Shown: positions 10,157-20,727, numbered from the stretch's first letter. The stretch: DNA of 64,000 bases from Candidatus Hydrogenedentota bacterium (GCA_029974275.1 JARKSN010000030.1:14157-78156); one strand, 5' to 3'. Numbers and translations: made by a program. The notes: a model not told the origin generated them from the letters alone.

Positions 10157-11238
10157 TTGCATCGCGCTTGACCCATCTCCGGGATCGGATGCAATCGGCG
10201 GGCGTGGAGGCGTTTTTCAGCGTTCACCCCCCCGCGAATCAATATCTCACGGGATTTTGCGGCTCGACGTCGGCAGTAGTCGTGACGGGCAATCGGGCTG
10301 TTTTTCTGTGTGATTTCCGGTATGCGGAACAGGCCGAGGACCAGGTCGCCCCGGAATTCGAGGTGACGCAGACGGCTGGGTCGCTTTTGCGGCGCACGGG
10401 GGAATGTCTGGCGGAATGCGGCGTCGCCAATGCGGCGTACGAGCCCGATGCGCTGCGCGTCAGCGAATTGAACGCCGTGGCGGCGGCGGTTCACGCGGAT
10501 CTGCGGGCCATGCCCGGACTTGTCGGCGGCATGCGGCAAATCAAGACTTCCGAAGAGGTTGAGGCGATCCGAAAGGCCTTGACGCTTGCGGCAGGCGTGC
10601 ACGATGACATCGTTCAGGCATTGGTTCCAGGCGTCACCGAGCGGGAGGTCGCCGCCCGTTTCGAATACGAGTTCAAGCGGCGCGGGGCGTCCGCCGCCGC
10701 TTTCGACACCATCGTCCTTTTCGGCGCGCGCAGTTCCCTGCCGCACGGTCAGGCGACGGATCGGGCGTTGGCCCCTGGCGACGCTGTGCTCGTGGATTTC
10801 GGCTGCCGGCTCGGCGGATACTGCTCGGACTTGACTCGAACCTATTGTTTCGGTAGGATTCCCGGCGCTTGGTTCGAGCGCGTCTACGAAGTCGTGCTTA
10901 CTTCGCAGGCGGCGGCTCTCAAGGCGGCCAAGCCAGGCATGACGTGTCGCGAGTTGGATGCAGTGGCCCGGTCCATCATTCAGGATGCGGGTTACGGCGA
11001 GCGGTTCGGGCACGGACTGGGCCATGGCGTTGGCATTGAGATCCACGAAGCGCCGCGCGTCAATGCGGAGGGCGATACCGTGCTGGCGCCGGGCATGGTG
11101 GTGACCCTTGAACCGGGCATCTATCTCCCCGGCCAAGGGGGCATACGGATCGAAGACGTGATCGTCATTACAGATTCAGGGTGCGAGGCGCTGAGCGCCA
11201 CGCCTAAGGAACTGAAAATACTGGGGTTAAAGGCATGA
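10153..11238 (+). CDS. Xaa-Pro aminopeptidase (M24B)
   Basis: Creatinase-like N-domain [39 protein letters not shown]. Confidence 0.92.
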   Translation: MIASRLTHLRDRMQSAGVEAFFSVHPPANQYLTGFCGSTSAVVVTGNRAVFLCDFRYAEQAEDQVAPEFEVTQTAGSLLRRTGECLAECGVANAAYEPDALRVSELNAVAAAVHADLRAMPGLVGGMRQIKTSEEVEAIRKALTLAAGVHDDIVQALVPGVTEREVAARFEYEFKRRGASAAAFDTIVLFGARSSLPHGQATDRALAPGDAVLVDFGCRLGGYCSDLTRTYCFGRIPGAWFERVYEVVLTSQAAALKAAKPGMTCRELDAVARSIIQDAGYGERFGHGLGHGVGIEIHEAPRVNAEGDTVLAPGMVVTLEPGIYLPGQGGIRIEDVIVITDSGCEALSATPKELKILGLKA

Positions 11239-11795
11239 TTTCGACGGCGGATTTCAGAAACGGCATGGTGGTGGTGTTGGACAATGACTTGATGGAAATC
11301 GTCGAGTTTCAACACGTCAAGCCGGGCAAGGGCGGAGCGTTTGTCCGGACCAAGTTCAAGAACGTCAAAACCGGGCGCGTGCTCGAAAAGACGTTCCGCT
11401 CGGGCGAGAAGATGGAGGAGGCGCGGTTGGAGGATGAGGAGTATCAGTATCTCTACCACGACGGCGACTTTTATCATTTCATGGATAAGGAAACCTACGA
11501 ACAGATCGCGCTTGGCGCGGATGTCGTGGGCGACAAGCATTTGTGGATGAAGGAAAACAACGATGTGTCGCTCGTTTTCTATAACGGCAAGGTGATCGAC
11601 GTGAAGTTGCCGTTCTTTGTCGAGTTGAAGATCACGCAATGCGATCCGGGCGTTCAGGGAGACCGGGCATCGAGCGGCAACAAGCCCGCCACGCTGGAAA
11701 CCGGGGTGGTGGTCCAGGTGCCTCTGTATGTCGCAGAGGGAACGGTTATCAAAGTCGACACGCGCACAGGCGCCTACATCGAACGCGTCGGGTGA
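11235..11795 (+). CDS. efp: translation elongation factor P
   Basis: FQHVKPGKGGAFVR, KPATLETG, KVDTRTGAY. Confidence 0.98.
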   Translation: MISTADFRNGMVVVLDNDLMEIVEFQHVKPGKGGAFVRTKFKNVKTGRVLEKTFRSGEKMEEARLEDEEYQYLYHDGDFYHFMDKETYEQIALGADVVGDKHLWMKENNDVSLVFYNGKVIDVKLPFFVELKITQCDPGVQGDRASSGNKPATLETGVVVQVPLYVAEGTVIKVDTRTGAYIERVG

Positions 11796-11819
11796 CGATC
11801 GCGATCGGGGGGAGAACGT

Positions 11820-12344
11820 ATGGACCTGGAGCAGTTTCGAGAGCTCATTCGCATTTTTGAGGAGTCAGCCCTGTCCCAAGTTGAAATCGAGGAATCAGGG
11901 CTCCGGATACAGCTTAAAAAACCCGAGCCTCCCGCAGCCCCCGCCCCGACCTATGCCATCGCCGCGCCGCACCCAGCTGGCCATGCGGCTCCCATGATGG
12001 TGCAGGCGTTTCCGCAGACGGCCCCCCCTCCGGCCCCGGCCCCTGCTGTGCCGGCTGCGCCGTCGGTTGCCAGCGTCGCTGCGGAAGACGAAGGGCTTGT
12101 GACCATCGACTCGCCGTTGGTGGGCGTGTTCTATGCCGCCCCGGCTCCGGGCGAGCCGCCTTTTGTGCGCGAGGGAGATGTGGCCGAGGAGAAGCAGACG
12201 GTCTGCATCATCGAGGCCATGAAGGTGATGAACGAGGTCGTCGCCAAGTTTCCGTGCGTCATCGAGAAGATATTGGTGCAGAACGGCGAGCCGGTCGAGT
12301 TTGGGCAGCCCCTGTTCGCCGTGCGCCCTGCCGAACCCGCGTAA
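11820..12344 (+). CDS. accB: acetyl-CoA carboxylase biotin carboxyl carrier protein
   Basis: Pro/Ala linker, EAMKVMNE biotinylation motif, VEFGQPLF. Confidence 0.95.
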   Translation: MDLEQFRELIRIFEESALSQVEIEESGLRIQLKKPEPPAAPAPTYAIAAPHPAGHAAPMMVQAFPQTAPPPAPAPAVPAAPSVASVAAEDEGLVTIDSPLVGVFYAAPAPGEPPFVREGDVAEEKQTVCIIEAMKVMNEVVAKFPCVIEKILVQNGEPVEFGQPLFAVRPAEPA

Positions 12345-12350
12345 CCGGCC

Positions 12351-13694
12351 ATGTTCAGACGCATCCTTATAGCCAATCGCGGAGAGATCGCCGTCCGCGT
12401 AATCCGCGCGTGCCGGGAGATGGGCATCACCTCGATCGCTGTTTATTCGAAGGCCGATCAGGATTGCCTGCACACCTCGCTGGCGGACGAGAGCATTTGC
12501 ATCGGTCCGCCCACGTCCACGGACAGTTACCTGCATATTCCCAGCATCGTCGCCGCCGCGGAAATCTGCGACGCGCAAGCCATTCACCCGGGCTATGGGT
12601 TCCTGTCGGAAAATCCCAAGTTCGCGAGCATTTGCCGCGAATGCCACATCGGGTTCATCGGGCCGACCCCCGAGGCGATTTCGTTGAGCGGCAACAAATC
12701 CGAGTGCCGTGCGAAGGTCAAATCGGCGGGCGTGCCCGTTGTGCCGGGTTCGGAAGGGCTCATCCGCGATCCCGATGAAGCCCTCAAGATCGCCAAGGCG
12801 ATCGGGTTTCCGGTGCTGGTCAAGGCTTCGGCGGGCGGCGGCGGGCGCGGCATGCGCATTGCCCACAACGACGTGGCGCTCAAGAATGCGGTGTCCATGG
12901 CTTCGAACGAGGCGGCGGCGGCGTTTGGCGATGGCGGCGTTTATCTCGAGAAGTTCGTCGAGAATGCGCGGCATGTCGAGTTCCAGATTTTTGGCGACAA
13001 CCACGGTCGTCTGATTGCGCTGGGCGAACGCGAATGCAGCATCCAGCGGCGCCACCAGAAATTGATCGAGGAGACGCCATCCCCCGCGCTCAACCATTCG
13101 CTTCGAAATAAGATGGCCAAGGCGGCGGTTCGCGCGGCCAAGGCGATTGGCTACACCAACGCCGGCACCGCCGAGTTCCTGCTTGCGCCGGACAACCAGT
13201 TCTACTTCATTGAGTTCAACGCGCGCATCCAAGTCGAGCATCCGGTGACCGAAGAGGTCATGGGCGTCGACTTGGTCAAGGAGCAAATTCGCGTTGCGGC
13301 GGGGGATCCGCTCCGGTTGCGCGAAGGCGATCCGCATGGGTGCGCCATCGAGGCTCGCGTATACGCCGAGGACCCGGACAACAATTTCGCGCCGAATCCC
13401 GGCACGGTGACCCGCTGCCATTTTCCGGGCGGGCCAGGCGTGCGCGTGGATTCGCACCTGTTCTCGGGCTATACCGTTCCGCGGTATTATGATTCCCTCC
13501 TTGCCAAGGTTATCGGGTATGGCGAAACCCGCGACGAGGCCATTGGGCGTTTGGCGGGCGCCTTGGATGAGTTCACGACGGAGGGCGTCAAGACGACGGC
13601 GAATCTGTGCGCGCGCATCATCCAGAGCGACCGTTTCCGGCGAGGCGATTTGGGGCCGGATATGGTAGACTTGTTTCTGCCGAAGATGAAATAG
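12351..13694 (+). CDS. accC: biotin carboxylase
   Basis: ILIANRGEIA, HPGYGFLSEN, GGGGRGMR, ERECSIQRRHQK, RIQVEHPVTE. Confidence 0.96.
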   Translation: MFRRILIANRGEIAVRVIRACREMGITSIAVYSKADQDCLHTSLADESICIGPPTSTDSYLHIPSIVAAAEICDAQAIHPGYGFLSENPKFASICRECHIGFIGPTPEAISLSGNKSECRAKVKSAGVPVVPGSEGLIRDPDEALKIAKAIGFPVLVKASAGGGGRGMRIAHNDVALKNAVSMASNEAAAAFGDGGVYLEKFVENARHVEFQIFGDNHGRLIALGERECSIQRRHQKLIEETPSPALNHSLRNKMAKAAVRAAKAIGYTNAGTAEFLLAPDNQFYFIEFNARIQVEHPVTEEVMGVDLVKEQIRVAAGDPLRLREGDPHGCAIEARVYAEDPDNNFAPNPGTVTRCHFPGGPGVRVDSHLFSGYTVPRYYDSLLAKVIGYGETRDEAIGRLAGALDEFTTEGVKTTANLCARIIQSDRFRRGDLGPDMVDLFLPKMK

Positions 13695-13716
13695 CCGATT
13701 CGGAGGGCCGCGATCG

Positions 13717-14088
13717 ATGAGCGAGTTCATGGCGATTGGCAATCAGGAAGTGGACATGTCTGTCTACGCCAAGGTGGCCGCGCACGAGGCGGTCCGCCAG
13801 GAGGGCGTGGTGCGCCTCAACGCGGGGTTCACCGAGAAACTCGGCATGAGCCGCACCCCCGGCGTCACCGCCCGCATCGAAGAAGACGGCAGCCTCCAGC
13901 TCGATATATCCATCGTTGTCCGTTACGGGACGGACTTGCGCACCATCGGGCCCGCAATTCAAGAATCCGTGCTCAACGCCATCCGCAAGATGTCGGACCA
14001 GCCGGTTGGCCAGATCAACATCTACATTGCCGACATTGATTTTCCGAAGGGCGCCGCGAAGACGCTGGAAGAGGGTGAACCATCATGA
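13717..14088 (+). CDS. Asp23/Gls24 family protein
   Basis: 123 aa; LDISIVVRYG..IQESV..INIYIADI pattern; follows accC like B. subtilis yqhY. Confidence 0.75.
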   Translation: MSEFMAIGNQEVDMSVYAKVAAHEAVRQEGVVRLNAGFTEKLGMSRTPGVTARIEEDGSLQLDISIVVRYGTDLRTIGPAIQESVLNAIRKMSDQPVGQINIYIADIDFPKGAAKTLEEGEPS

Positions 14089-14840
14089 GACACCTCCCGA
14101 TTATCGTCAGGGTTGTCCAGATCGCGCTGCAAAAGCTTCTTTGTCTCGCCGTTGCGGGCGCGGGCTCGTTGCTTTTCTTCATGTCCGCCAGCGAAATCTT
14201 CCGTTACGCCTCGGCCTACCTCCCCCACTTTGACAATATCGTGCTTCAGACCGCCTTGCGGTACGTCGCCGGAGCGGCGATAGTCACGCTGGCCTTATTC
14301 GCGGCGCTCCCGGCATGGAAGCGCAGACGGTCCAACACCATCTCGTTTCCCGGCGCACACGGCCCGATCGTGATCCAATTGGATAGCGTCGAAGCGTCGC
14401 TCAACCGCACCTTGCGGGGGCGTCCCGAGGTGCGCAAGATCAATGTGCGCGTGCAGCCCGTTAACGACAATCGGCAGGTTCGCATCACGGCGGGCGTTCA
14501 GTGCTACACGACGCAGGCGGGCATTCGCGAAACCTCCGATCGCATCGGCGAAATCATCAAACGCACCGCCGTGAACCTGCTCGGCGTCGAAGAAGTCACA
14601 ACCGTCGAGCTCAAGATCAATGGCATTTTTGCGGGGGGGGCCGCCAGCGACACCATTACCGTCACGAACGCCGCTCCGGCGGCCGCAGCGGCCACAGCGC
14701 CGCTACCGCGAACTTCCACGGCGTTTGACGCGTCCGATCCTATCCGCTATGTCGAACCCGATGACACCGGTGCGACTTCGGGGCCTGGCAGCATCCTCCA
14801 GTTCGACGATGACGAGGACGATCCCCGCAAGAACGCGTAG
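14085..14840 (+). CDS. AmaP-like membrane anchor protein
   Basis: Two N-terminal TM helices, then G-x-I-x-I...V.....beta-rich Asp23-like region; ATGA overlap with asp23. Confidence 0.55.
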   Translation: MRHLPIIVRVVQIALQKLLCLAVAGAGSLLFFMSASEIFRYASAYLPHFDNIVLQTALRYVAGAAIVTLALFAALPAWKRRRSNTISFPGAHGPIVIQLDSVEASLNRTLRGRPEVRKINVRVQPVNDNRQVRITAGVQCYTTQAGIRETSDRIGEIIKRTAVNLLGVEEVTTVELKINGIFAGGAASDTITVTNAAPAAAAATAPLPRTSTAFDASDPIRYVEPDDTGATSGPGSILQFDDDEDDPRKNA

Positions 14841-15022
14841 GCGCTTGGACATCCTTCGCACGATGCACTCTTGTCCCTCAGGACGGGTGTATTTCTGGGC
14901 TCCCTCCTGCGCAGTATCCGCTTTACTCCGCCGTATGACCGCTGGTGGAAGCGCCGTTTTTCTGCTATGATTTCCAGGTTTCTATTGGGAGATGGGGCAT
15001 TTTACGCGAAAGGGATAGTCGC

Positions 15023-16690
15023 ATGGGACGCAAATACGTTATCGGGTTGGACTATGGGACGGAATCGGGTCGCGCCATTTTGGTGGCGGTGGACAATGGC
15101 GAGGAAATCGCGACGGCGGTGCAGCCGTATCCGGATTGCGTGATCGACGACGTGTTGCCGGGCACGGGCAAGAAGCTCGGGCCGGATTGGGCGCTGCAGA
15201 ACCCGCGCAACTACATCTATGTCATTGAACAGACCATCCCGAAGGTGCTTGCGTCGAGTGGCGTGAAGGGCGAGGACGTCATCGGTATCGGCACGGACTT
15301 CACCTCGTGCACGATGTTGCCGACGGACAAAGATGGCACGCCGTTGTGCATGAAGCCGGAGTTCGCGGATAACCCGCACGCGTGGGTGAAGTTGTGGAAA
15401 CACCACGCCGCGCAACCGGAAGCGGACAAGATCAACGAGATCGCGCGGCAACGCAACGAACCGTGGCTCGCGCGCTACGGCGGCAAGATTTCGAGCGAAT
15501 GGTTCTTCCCGAAGGCGTTGCAAATTCTCGATGAGGCGCCCGAAGTCTATGCGGCGGCGGACCGCCTTATCGAGGCGGGCGACTGGATCGTGTGGTACCT
15601 GTGCGGCGAGGAAAAGCGCAACGCCTGCGCGGCGGGCTACAAGGCCATCTGGGACGAAGGCTATCCCTCCAACGATTTCTTCAAGGCGCTTGACCCGCGC
15701 TTTGAGCACGTCATCGACGAAAAGATGAGCCGCGACATTTACCCGAACGGCGTTCGCGCGGGCGGCCTGCGCAAGGAAGTCGCGGAGAAGGTTGGCCTTG
15801 TGCCGGGTACGGCGGTGGCCACCGGCGCGGTCGATGCGCACGTGGCCGTGCCCGCGTGTGCCGTCAGCGATGAGGGCAAACTCGTCATGATCATGGGCAC
15901 CAGCCTGTGCCACATGGTCTGCGGCACCGAGAAGACCTCGATCGCCGGTCTGTGCGGCGTCGTGAAGGACGGCATCCTGCCGGGGTACTACGGCTACGAG
16001 GCCGGTCAATCCGCGGTCGGCGATATCTTCGCGTGGTTCGTCGAGAACTGCGTGCCCGCGTCCATCGCGACCGATGCCGCAAAGCAAGGCATGGACATCC
16101 ACGGCTACCTCGGCAAACAGGCCGAACAACTCAAGGTCGGCGAGTCGGGCGTGCTCTGTCTCGACTGGTGGAACGGCAACCGCAGCATCCTCGTCGATAC
16201 GGACTTGACCGGGTTGATGGTCGGCATGACCCTCGCCACGACGCCCGCCGAGATGTACCGCGCCGTGCTCGAATGCACCGCCTTTGGCACGAACAAGATC
16301 ATCAAGCAACTCGACGAAGGCGGCTGCCAGATCAAAGAGCTGTATGCCTGCGGCGGCCTGCCCGGCAAGAACCCACTGCTGATGCAGATATATGCCGATG
16401 TGACGGGACGCGACATCAAGATCAGCGCCAGCGACCAGACCGTCGCCCTCGGCGGCGCGATGTGGGGCGCGGTGGCGGCAGGCGCGAAGGCCGGCGGGTA
16501 CGACACCATCCACGACGCTGCGCAAAAGATGGCCCGCCTGCGCGACACCGTCTACCGTCCCAACCCCGAGAACCACAAGGCGTACCAAGCGCTCTTCGCC
16601 GAGTACGAGCGCCTCCACGACCTCTTCGGACGCGGCGGCGACAACGTCATGCGCACCTTGAAAGCCATGCGCCGCGCCGCCCACGGATAG
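15023..16690 (+). CDS. araB: L-ribulokinase (FGGY family)
   Basis: [66 protein letters not shown]. Confidence 0.93.
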   Translation: MGRKYVIGLDYGTESGRAILVAVDNGEEIATAVQPYPDCVIDDVLPGTGKKLGPDWALQNPRNYIYVIEQTIPKVLASSGVKGEDVIGIGTDFTSCTMLPTDKDGTPLCMKPEFADNPHAWVKLWKHHAAQPEADKINEIARQRNEPWLARYGGKISSEWFFPKALQILDEAPEVYAAADRLIEAGDWIVWYLCGEEKRNACAAGYKAIWDEGYPSNDFFKALDPRFEHVIDEKMSRDIYPNGVRAGGLRKEVAEKVGLVPGTAVATGAVDAHVAVPACAVSDEGKLVMIMGTSLCHMVCGTEKTSIAGLCGVVKDGILPGYYGYEAGQSAVGDIFAWFVENCVPASIATDAAKQGMDIHGYLGKQAEQLKVGESGVLCLDWWNGNRSILVDTDLTGLMVGMTLATTPAEMYRAVLECTAFGTNKIIKQLDEGGCQIKELYACGGLPGKNPLLMQIYADVTGRDIKISASDQTVALGGAMWGAVAAGAKAGGYDTIHDAAQKMARLRDTVYRPNPENHKAYQALFAEYERLHDLFGRGGDNVMRTLKAMRRAAHG

Positions 16691-16709
16691 TAAGGACAAA
16701 GACCGAAGC

Positions 16710-16777
16710 CCGCCCGGCACAGAGACCGGGCGCTACAGGATTTTGTATTCGTAGCGTCCGGTCTCCGTGCCGGGCGG
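16710..16777. repeat. inverted doublet of GTAG-type REP-like palindromes; probable araB terminator
   Basis: 27-nt arms 16710-16736 and 16751-16777 are reverse complements with 2 mismatches; each reads GTAG-CGYCCGG-TCTCYGTG-CCGGGCG; followed by T5. Confidence 0.7.
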
Positions 16778-16878
16778 TTTTTGTTGTGCGTCGCGGCAAG
16801 AAATCGCAATGGGACGGCTTCCTGCATTACAATTGCTTTTCGCCGATCACAGGAAAACCGCGCTGGGTGTTGTCGGAT

Positions 16879-17020
16879 TTTCAACGCAGAGGCGCGGAGT
16901 TCGCAGAGGAAAGAAGAACAGGAATTAACGCAACGGCACAAAGGAACGAAGACGCAAAGAAAATCGAAATTCTTCCCCCTTTGTGTTCCTCTGTGTCCTT
17001 TGTGTCTTTGTGGTGAATCT
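16879..17020 (+). repeat. dispersed intergenic repeat, copy 1 (purine-rich left arm, CTTTGTG-unit right arm)
   Basis: Ends TCTGTGTCCTTTGTGTCTTTGTGGTGAATCT (16990-17020), 28/31 identical to copy 2 and to copy 3. Confidence 0.8.
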
Positions 17021-17042
17021 AAAATTTTAGGGGATCATTACT

Positions 17043-18101
17043 ATGCGCAAGGAATCGCTGGAGTTTTTGAAAAAGTTGGTCACGACGCCAAGCCCTTCGG
17101 GGTGTGAAGAGCGGGTGCAGGCGTTGTGCCGGGAGTATGTCGCGGAACATGTGGATGATGTGTACAAGGACGTGCATGGCAATCAGTATGCCGTGCGGAA
17201 TCCGAAGGGAAAGTTGCGCGTCATGCTGGCGGGGCATGTCGATGAGATCGCGTTGATGGTGAATCATATTGACGATCGCGGGTTCATCGGGTTCGTGCCG
17301 GTGGGCGGGATCGATGCGGCGGTGCTCGAAGGCCAGCGAGTCGTCGCACACGGCGCGAAGGGCGATGTGCCGGGCGTCATCGGGCGGCGGGCGATCCATC
17401 TCACCGAGCAGGAAGACCGCAACAAGTGTTCGAAGATGCATCAGATGTGGATCGACATCGGCGCGAAGGACAAGAAGGACGCGCAGAAGGCGGTCGCGGT
17501 GGGCGATCCGATCACCATCGACGTGGGCTATGCGGCGTTGCGCGGCGATCGCGTCGTGGCGCGGGCCTTTGACGATCGCATCGGCGCGTTTGTGTGCCTG
17601 GAAGCGATGCGGGCAATCGCGAAGCGCAAGGTGAACTGCGCGGTGTTTTGCGTCACGACGGTGCAGGAGGAGATCGGCCTGCGTGGCGCGACGACGAGCA
17701 GTTACGGCTGCAATCCGCACGCAGGCATCGCGGTGGACGTGTCGCATGCGACGGATCATCCGCATGTCGATGGCCCGCGATACGGCGCCACGAAGCTTGA
17801 TGCGGGGCCGATTCTCGCGCGCGGGCCGAACATCAACCCAGCGCTTGGCAGGATGCTCGTGGACACGGCAACGAAGCACAAAATTCCGCACCAGATCACT
17901 GCCCAGCCGCGCGCCACGGGCACCGATGCAAACGCGATGCAATTGAGCCGCAACGGCGTGGCGACGGCGCTTGTCAGCATTCCAATGCGGTACATGCACA
18001 CGCCGGTCGAGATGATTTCGTTGACGGACGTGGGGCATTGCATCAAGCTGATCACCGAGTGGGTGTGCTCGTTGAAGGCGGAGGCGTCGTTCATTCCATA
18101 G
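17043..18101 (+). CDS. M42 family aminopeptidase
   Basis: AGHVDEI, PVGGID, RAFDDRIG, VQEEIGLRGA, DVSH, RYMHTPVE. Confidence 0.92.
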   Translation: MRKESLEFLKKLVTTPSPSGCEERVQALCREYVAEHVDDVYKDVHGNQYAVRNPKGKLRVMLAGHVDEIALMVNHIDDRGFIGFVPVGGIDAAVLEGQRVVAHGAKGDVPGVIGRRAIHLTEQEDRNKCSKMHQMWIDIGAKDKKDAQKAVAVGDPITIDVGYAALRGDRVVARAFDDRIGAFVCLEAMRAIAKRKVNCAVFCVTTVQEEIGLRGATTSSYGCNPHAGIAVDVSHATDHPHVDGPRYGATKLDAGPILARGPNINPALGRMLVDTATKHKIPHQITAQPRATGTDANAMQLSRNGVATALVSIPMRYMHTPVEMISLTDVGHCIKLITEWVCSLKAEASFIP

Positions 18102-18107
18102 AGGGGG

Positions 18108-19511
18108 ATGGGGACCATGTTCAAGTTTGCGTTGACCGTCACGGCATTCATAGGAGGAGGGATTTTGGTGGCTAGCGCAGGTTTTGCCCAATCACTGCCG
18201 CCGGAGCGGCAGATCACGTCCTCGCCGAAGAATCACATGCTTGACAACAACGACAACTTTTCGGCGGACGGGCGTTTCCTCTGCTACGACACGCGCGAAA
18301 CCGTCGGGCCGGGCATCGACAATAGTCAGACCATCGAGAAGGTCGAAATCGCGACGGGCAAGGAAACGGTGTTGTATGCGCCGAAGACGCAGGCCGGTGC
18401 GCAACCCGCCCCAGGCATCGGCGCGGCGTCGTATTGTCCCGTCGTGGACAAGGTCGTTTTCATTCACGGGCCGCTGCTGGAACAGGTGGCTGAGCGCGGG
18501 CCGTATGCGAAGACCAACCGAACCGGCGTCGAGGTTTCCGCCGATGGCAGCCAGGCATTGACGCGGCTTGATGCGCGTGATGTGGACAATACGCGCCTGA
18601 CCACGCCCGGCGCGCATCGCGGCGGAACGCACCGACACGAGTATACGGCGGACGGCAAACGGATCGGCTTTACGTATGATGATCATTTGCTGCCGAATTA
18701 TGATCGCACCATCGGCTACATGGAAGCGAATCCGAAAGCGCCTGCAGGCGTAACGCATTATTTCGCGGCGCTCGTGCCGATTGCGCCGAAGGGGACGTCG
18801 CGCGCGGGAGAGTTGGAGAAGGCTGCCGGCGATTCGTGGGTGGGCAGACAAGGTCTGATGCGCGCGTTCATCGGCAAGGTGCGCTGCGACGACGGAACGA
18901 CGTATGAGAACTCGCTCTTCGTCGTGGACATTCCCGCGTCGGTCGACATCACGACGGCGCATTCCGGAGGCTCCGGTCAGTTTCCCGCGCCGCCCGCAGG
19001 CGTTCACGTGCGGCGATTGACGCATGCCCACGCCGAAGGCATCGTGCGGGGGGCTCCATCGGGCGATCGCATTGCGTATCTTGCGGCAGGAGAAGACGGC
19101 ACGCGGCAGGTCTATGTCATCGCTAGCGACGGATCGGACAAGGATGAGAATCCCGCCAAACGCCCCTTCCAGCTTACCGAGTTGCCCAAGGGCGTAACGG
19201 GGGATTTGCGGTGGCATCCCTCTGGCAATTCGATCGCATGCATCAGCAACAACGGCATCGTGACGACCTGCGTCGCGCCGGGCCCCCGGTTTGGGCAATC
19301 GGTTTTTCTAACGGCGCAGGGCGATGCGCCGGAGCGCAGTCAATTGGTTTGGTCGCCGGATGGCGCCACGCTGGCGTATTGCAAGCCCGCGCCCACGCGC
19401 GATGCGAACGGACAGCCTGCAAAGACTTACAATGGGAAGGATTGTGTGCAGATTTTCACGATCGCTTTTCCCGACGCCAACAAGGACGGCATCGCGGATC
19501 TGGCTTCGTGA
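18108..19511 (+). CDS. DUF3748/YidR-like secreted beta-propeller protein
   Basis: Signal peptide; QITSSPKNHMLDN, GAHRGGTHRH..IGFTYDDH resemble YidR; TolB-like WSPDG. Confidence 0.7.
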   Translation: MGTMFKFALTVTAFIGGGILVASAGFAQSLPPERQITSSPKNHMLDNNDNFSADGRFLCYDTRETVGPGIDNSQTIEKVEIATGKETVLYAPKTQAGAQPAPGIGAASYCPVVDKVVFIHGPLLEQVAERGPYAKTNRTGVEVSADGSQALTRLDARDVDNTRLTTPGAHRGGTHRHEYTADGKRIGFTYDDHLLPNYDRTIGYMEANPKAPAGVTHYFAALVPIAPKGTSRAGELEKAAGDSWVGRQGLMRAFIGKVRCDDGTTYENSLFVVDIPASVDITTAHSGGSGQFPAPPAGVHVRRLTHAHAEGIVRGAPSGDRIAYLAAGEDGTRQVYVIASDGSDKDENPAKRPFQLTELPKGVTGDLRWHPSGNSIACISNNGIVTTCVAPGPRFGQSVFLTAQGDAPERSQLVWSPDGATLAYCKPAPTRDANGQPAKTYNGKDCVQIFTIAFPDANKDGIADLAS

Positions 19512-19520
19512 TCCGCGCGG

Positions 19521-20675
19521 CTATGCCCCCACCCATCGTTTCCACGTTTCCATGAAGCGGCGATGAAGCGGGTAGGCTTGGGCGTCGCCAAGTTCGCGGA
19601 ATTTTTCGATGAGTTCGCGCTGCTCTCGGGTGAGTTTGCTGGGGATTTCGACCTGGACGCGGACGATTTGGTCGCCTTTGTGGTAGCCGCGCACATCGGG
19701 AATGCCCATGCCGCGCAGCCGGAATTGCTGGCCAGGCTGCGTGCCTGCGGGCACCTTCACTTCGGCCTCTCCGGTCAGGGTCGGAACATGAATCGTATCG
19801 CCGAGCGCGGCTTGCGTGAAGCTAATCGGCACCTCACAGACAACGTCGTTTCCGTCTCGCGTGAAGATATCATCTTGTTTCACTTCAATGTATATATACA
19901 GATCTCCGTGCGGCGCGCCCGGATCCCCCGGCTCCCCTTCTCCGGTCACGCGCAATCGCGATCCGGTGTCGACGCCGGGAGGGATGTCGATGGTGAGATC
20001 GCGCGTTACGCGAACGCGTCCGGCCCCGGCGCATGCGGGGCAAGGCCGGGCGATAATCGATCCGCCTCCCCGGCAGCGCGGACACGTTTGGGTGACGCTG
20101 AAAAAGCCCTGTGCGCGCCGTATCTGGCCGCTGCCGTTGCAGTCGGGGCATGGCTTGGGATCCGTGCCCGGCGCCGCGCCCGTTCCTTTGCAATCGTGGC
20201 ATGAGTCCATGCGGGAAAGGCGAATTTTTTTCTTGACGCCTGCGGCGGCCTCGCGCAGGGTGATCGCGACGCGATATTCGAGGTCGCTGCCCGGCCGGCT
20301 TTGACGTCTTCTTCCGCCCCCCCCGCCGCCGCGCCCAAATAGGACGTCGAAGAAATCCTCGAACGGCGCATCGAATCCCGCGCTGCCGCTCCCCCCGCCG
20401 AAACCGAATCCGCCGCCAAAACCGGGGCCGCCGCCCGAGAAGGCGTCCGCCGTGCCGAATTGGTCATAGCGGGCGCGCTTCTCCGGGTTTTTCAGGACGT
20501 CGTACGCTTCGTTGATCTCTTTGAGCTTGTCTTCAGCGGCCTTGTCGCCTCCCGTTTTGTCGGGATGGTATTTGTGAGCCAGCTTGAGATAAGCCTTCCG
20601 GATCTGGTCGGCGGGCGCATCGCGCGGCACGCCGAGCAGTTCATAATAGTCTTTGGATTTGGACATGGCGCTCAT
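19521..20675 (-). CDS. dnaJ: chaperone DnaJ
   Basis: J-domain HPD, G/F region, four CxxCxGxG repeats. Confidence 0.97.
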   Translation of the reverse strand: MSAMSKSKDYYELLGVPRDAPADQIRKAYLKLAHKYHPDKTGGDKAAEDKLKEINEAYDVLKNPEKRARYDQFGTADAFSGGGPGFGGGFGFGGGSGSAGFDAPFEDFFDVLFGRGGGGGGRRRQSRPGSDLEYRVAITLREAAAGVKKKIRLSRMDSCHDCKGTGAAPGTDPKPCPDCNGSGQIRRAQGFFSVTQTCPRCRGGGSIIARPCPACAGAGRVRVTRDLTIDIPPGVDTGSRLRVTGEGEPGDPGAPHGDLYIYIEVKQDDIFTRDGNDVVCEVPISFTQAALGDTIHVPTLTGEAEVKVPAGTQPGQQFRLRGMGIPDVRGYHKGDQIVRVQVEIPSKLTREQRELIEKFRELGDAQAYPLHRRFMETWKRWVGA

Positions 20676-20727
20676 TATAGATAGTTACCGTTATGTCGGC
20701 AATATGCCTGATCTCTCATGGTTTGGG

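Noticed and set aside
14633..14640. G8 run in the amaP-like gene and C8 run in dnaJ (20317-20324) as phase-variation sites
   Set aside because: In-frame Gly-coding runs in a GC-rich genome; no reason to infer switching
16879..17020. CRISPR array interpretation of the periodic repeats
   Set aside because: Units are 8-9 nt with no unique spacers, and there are no cas genes
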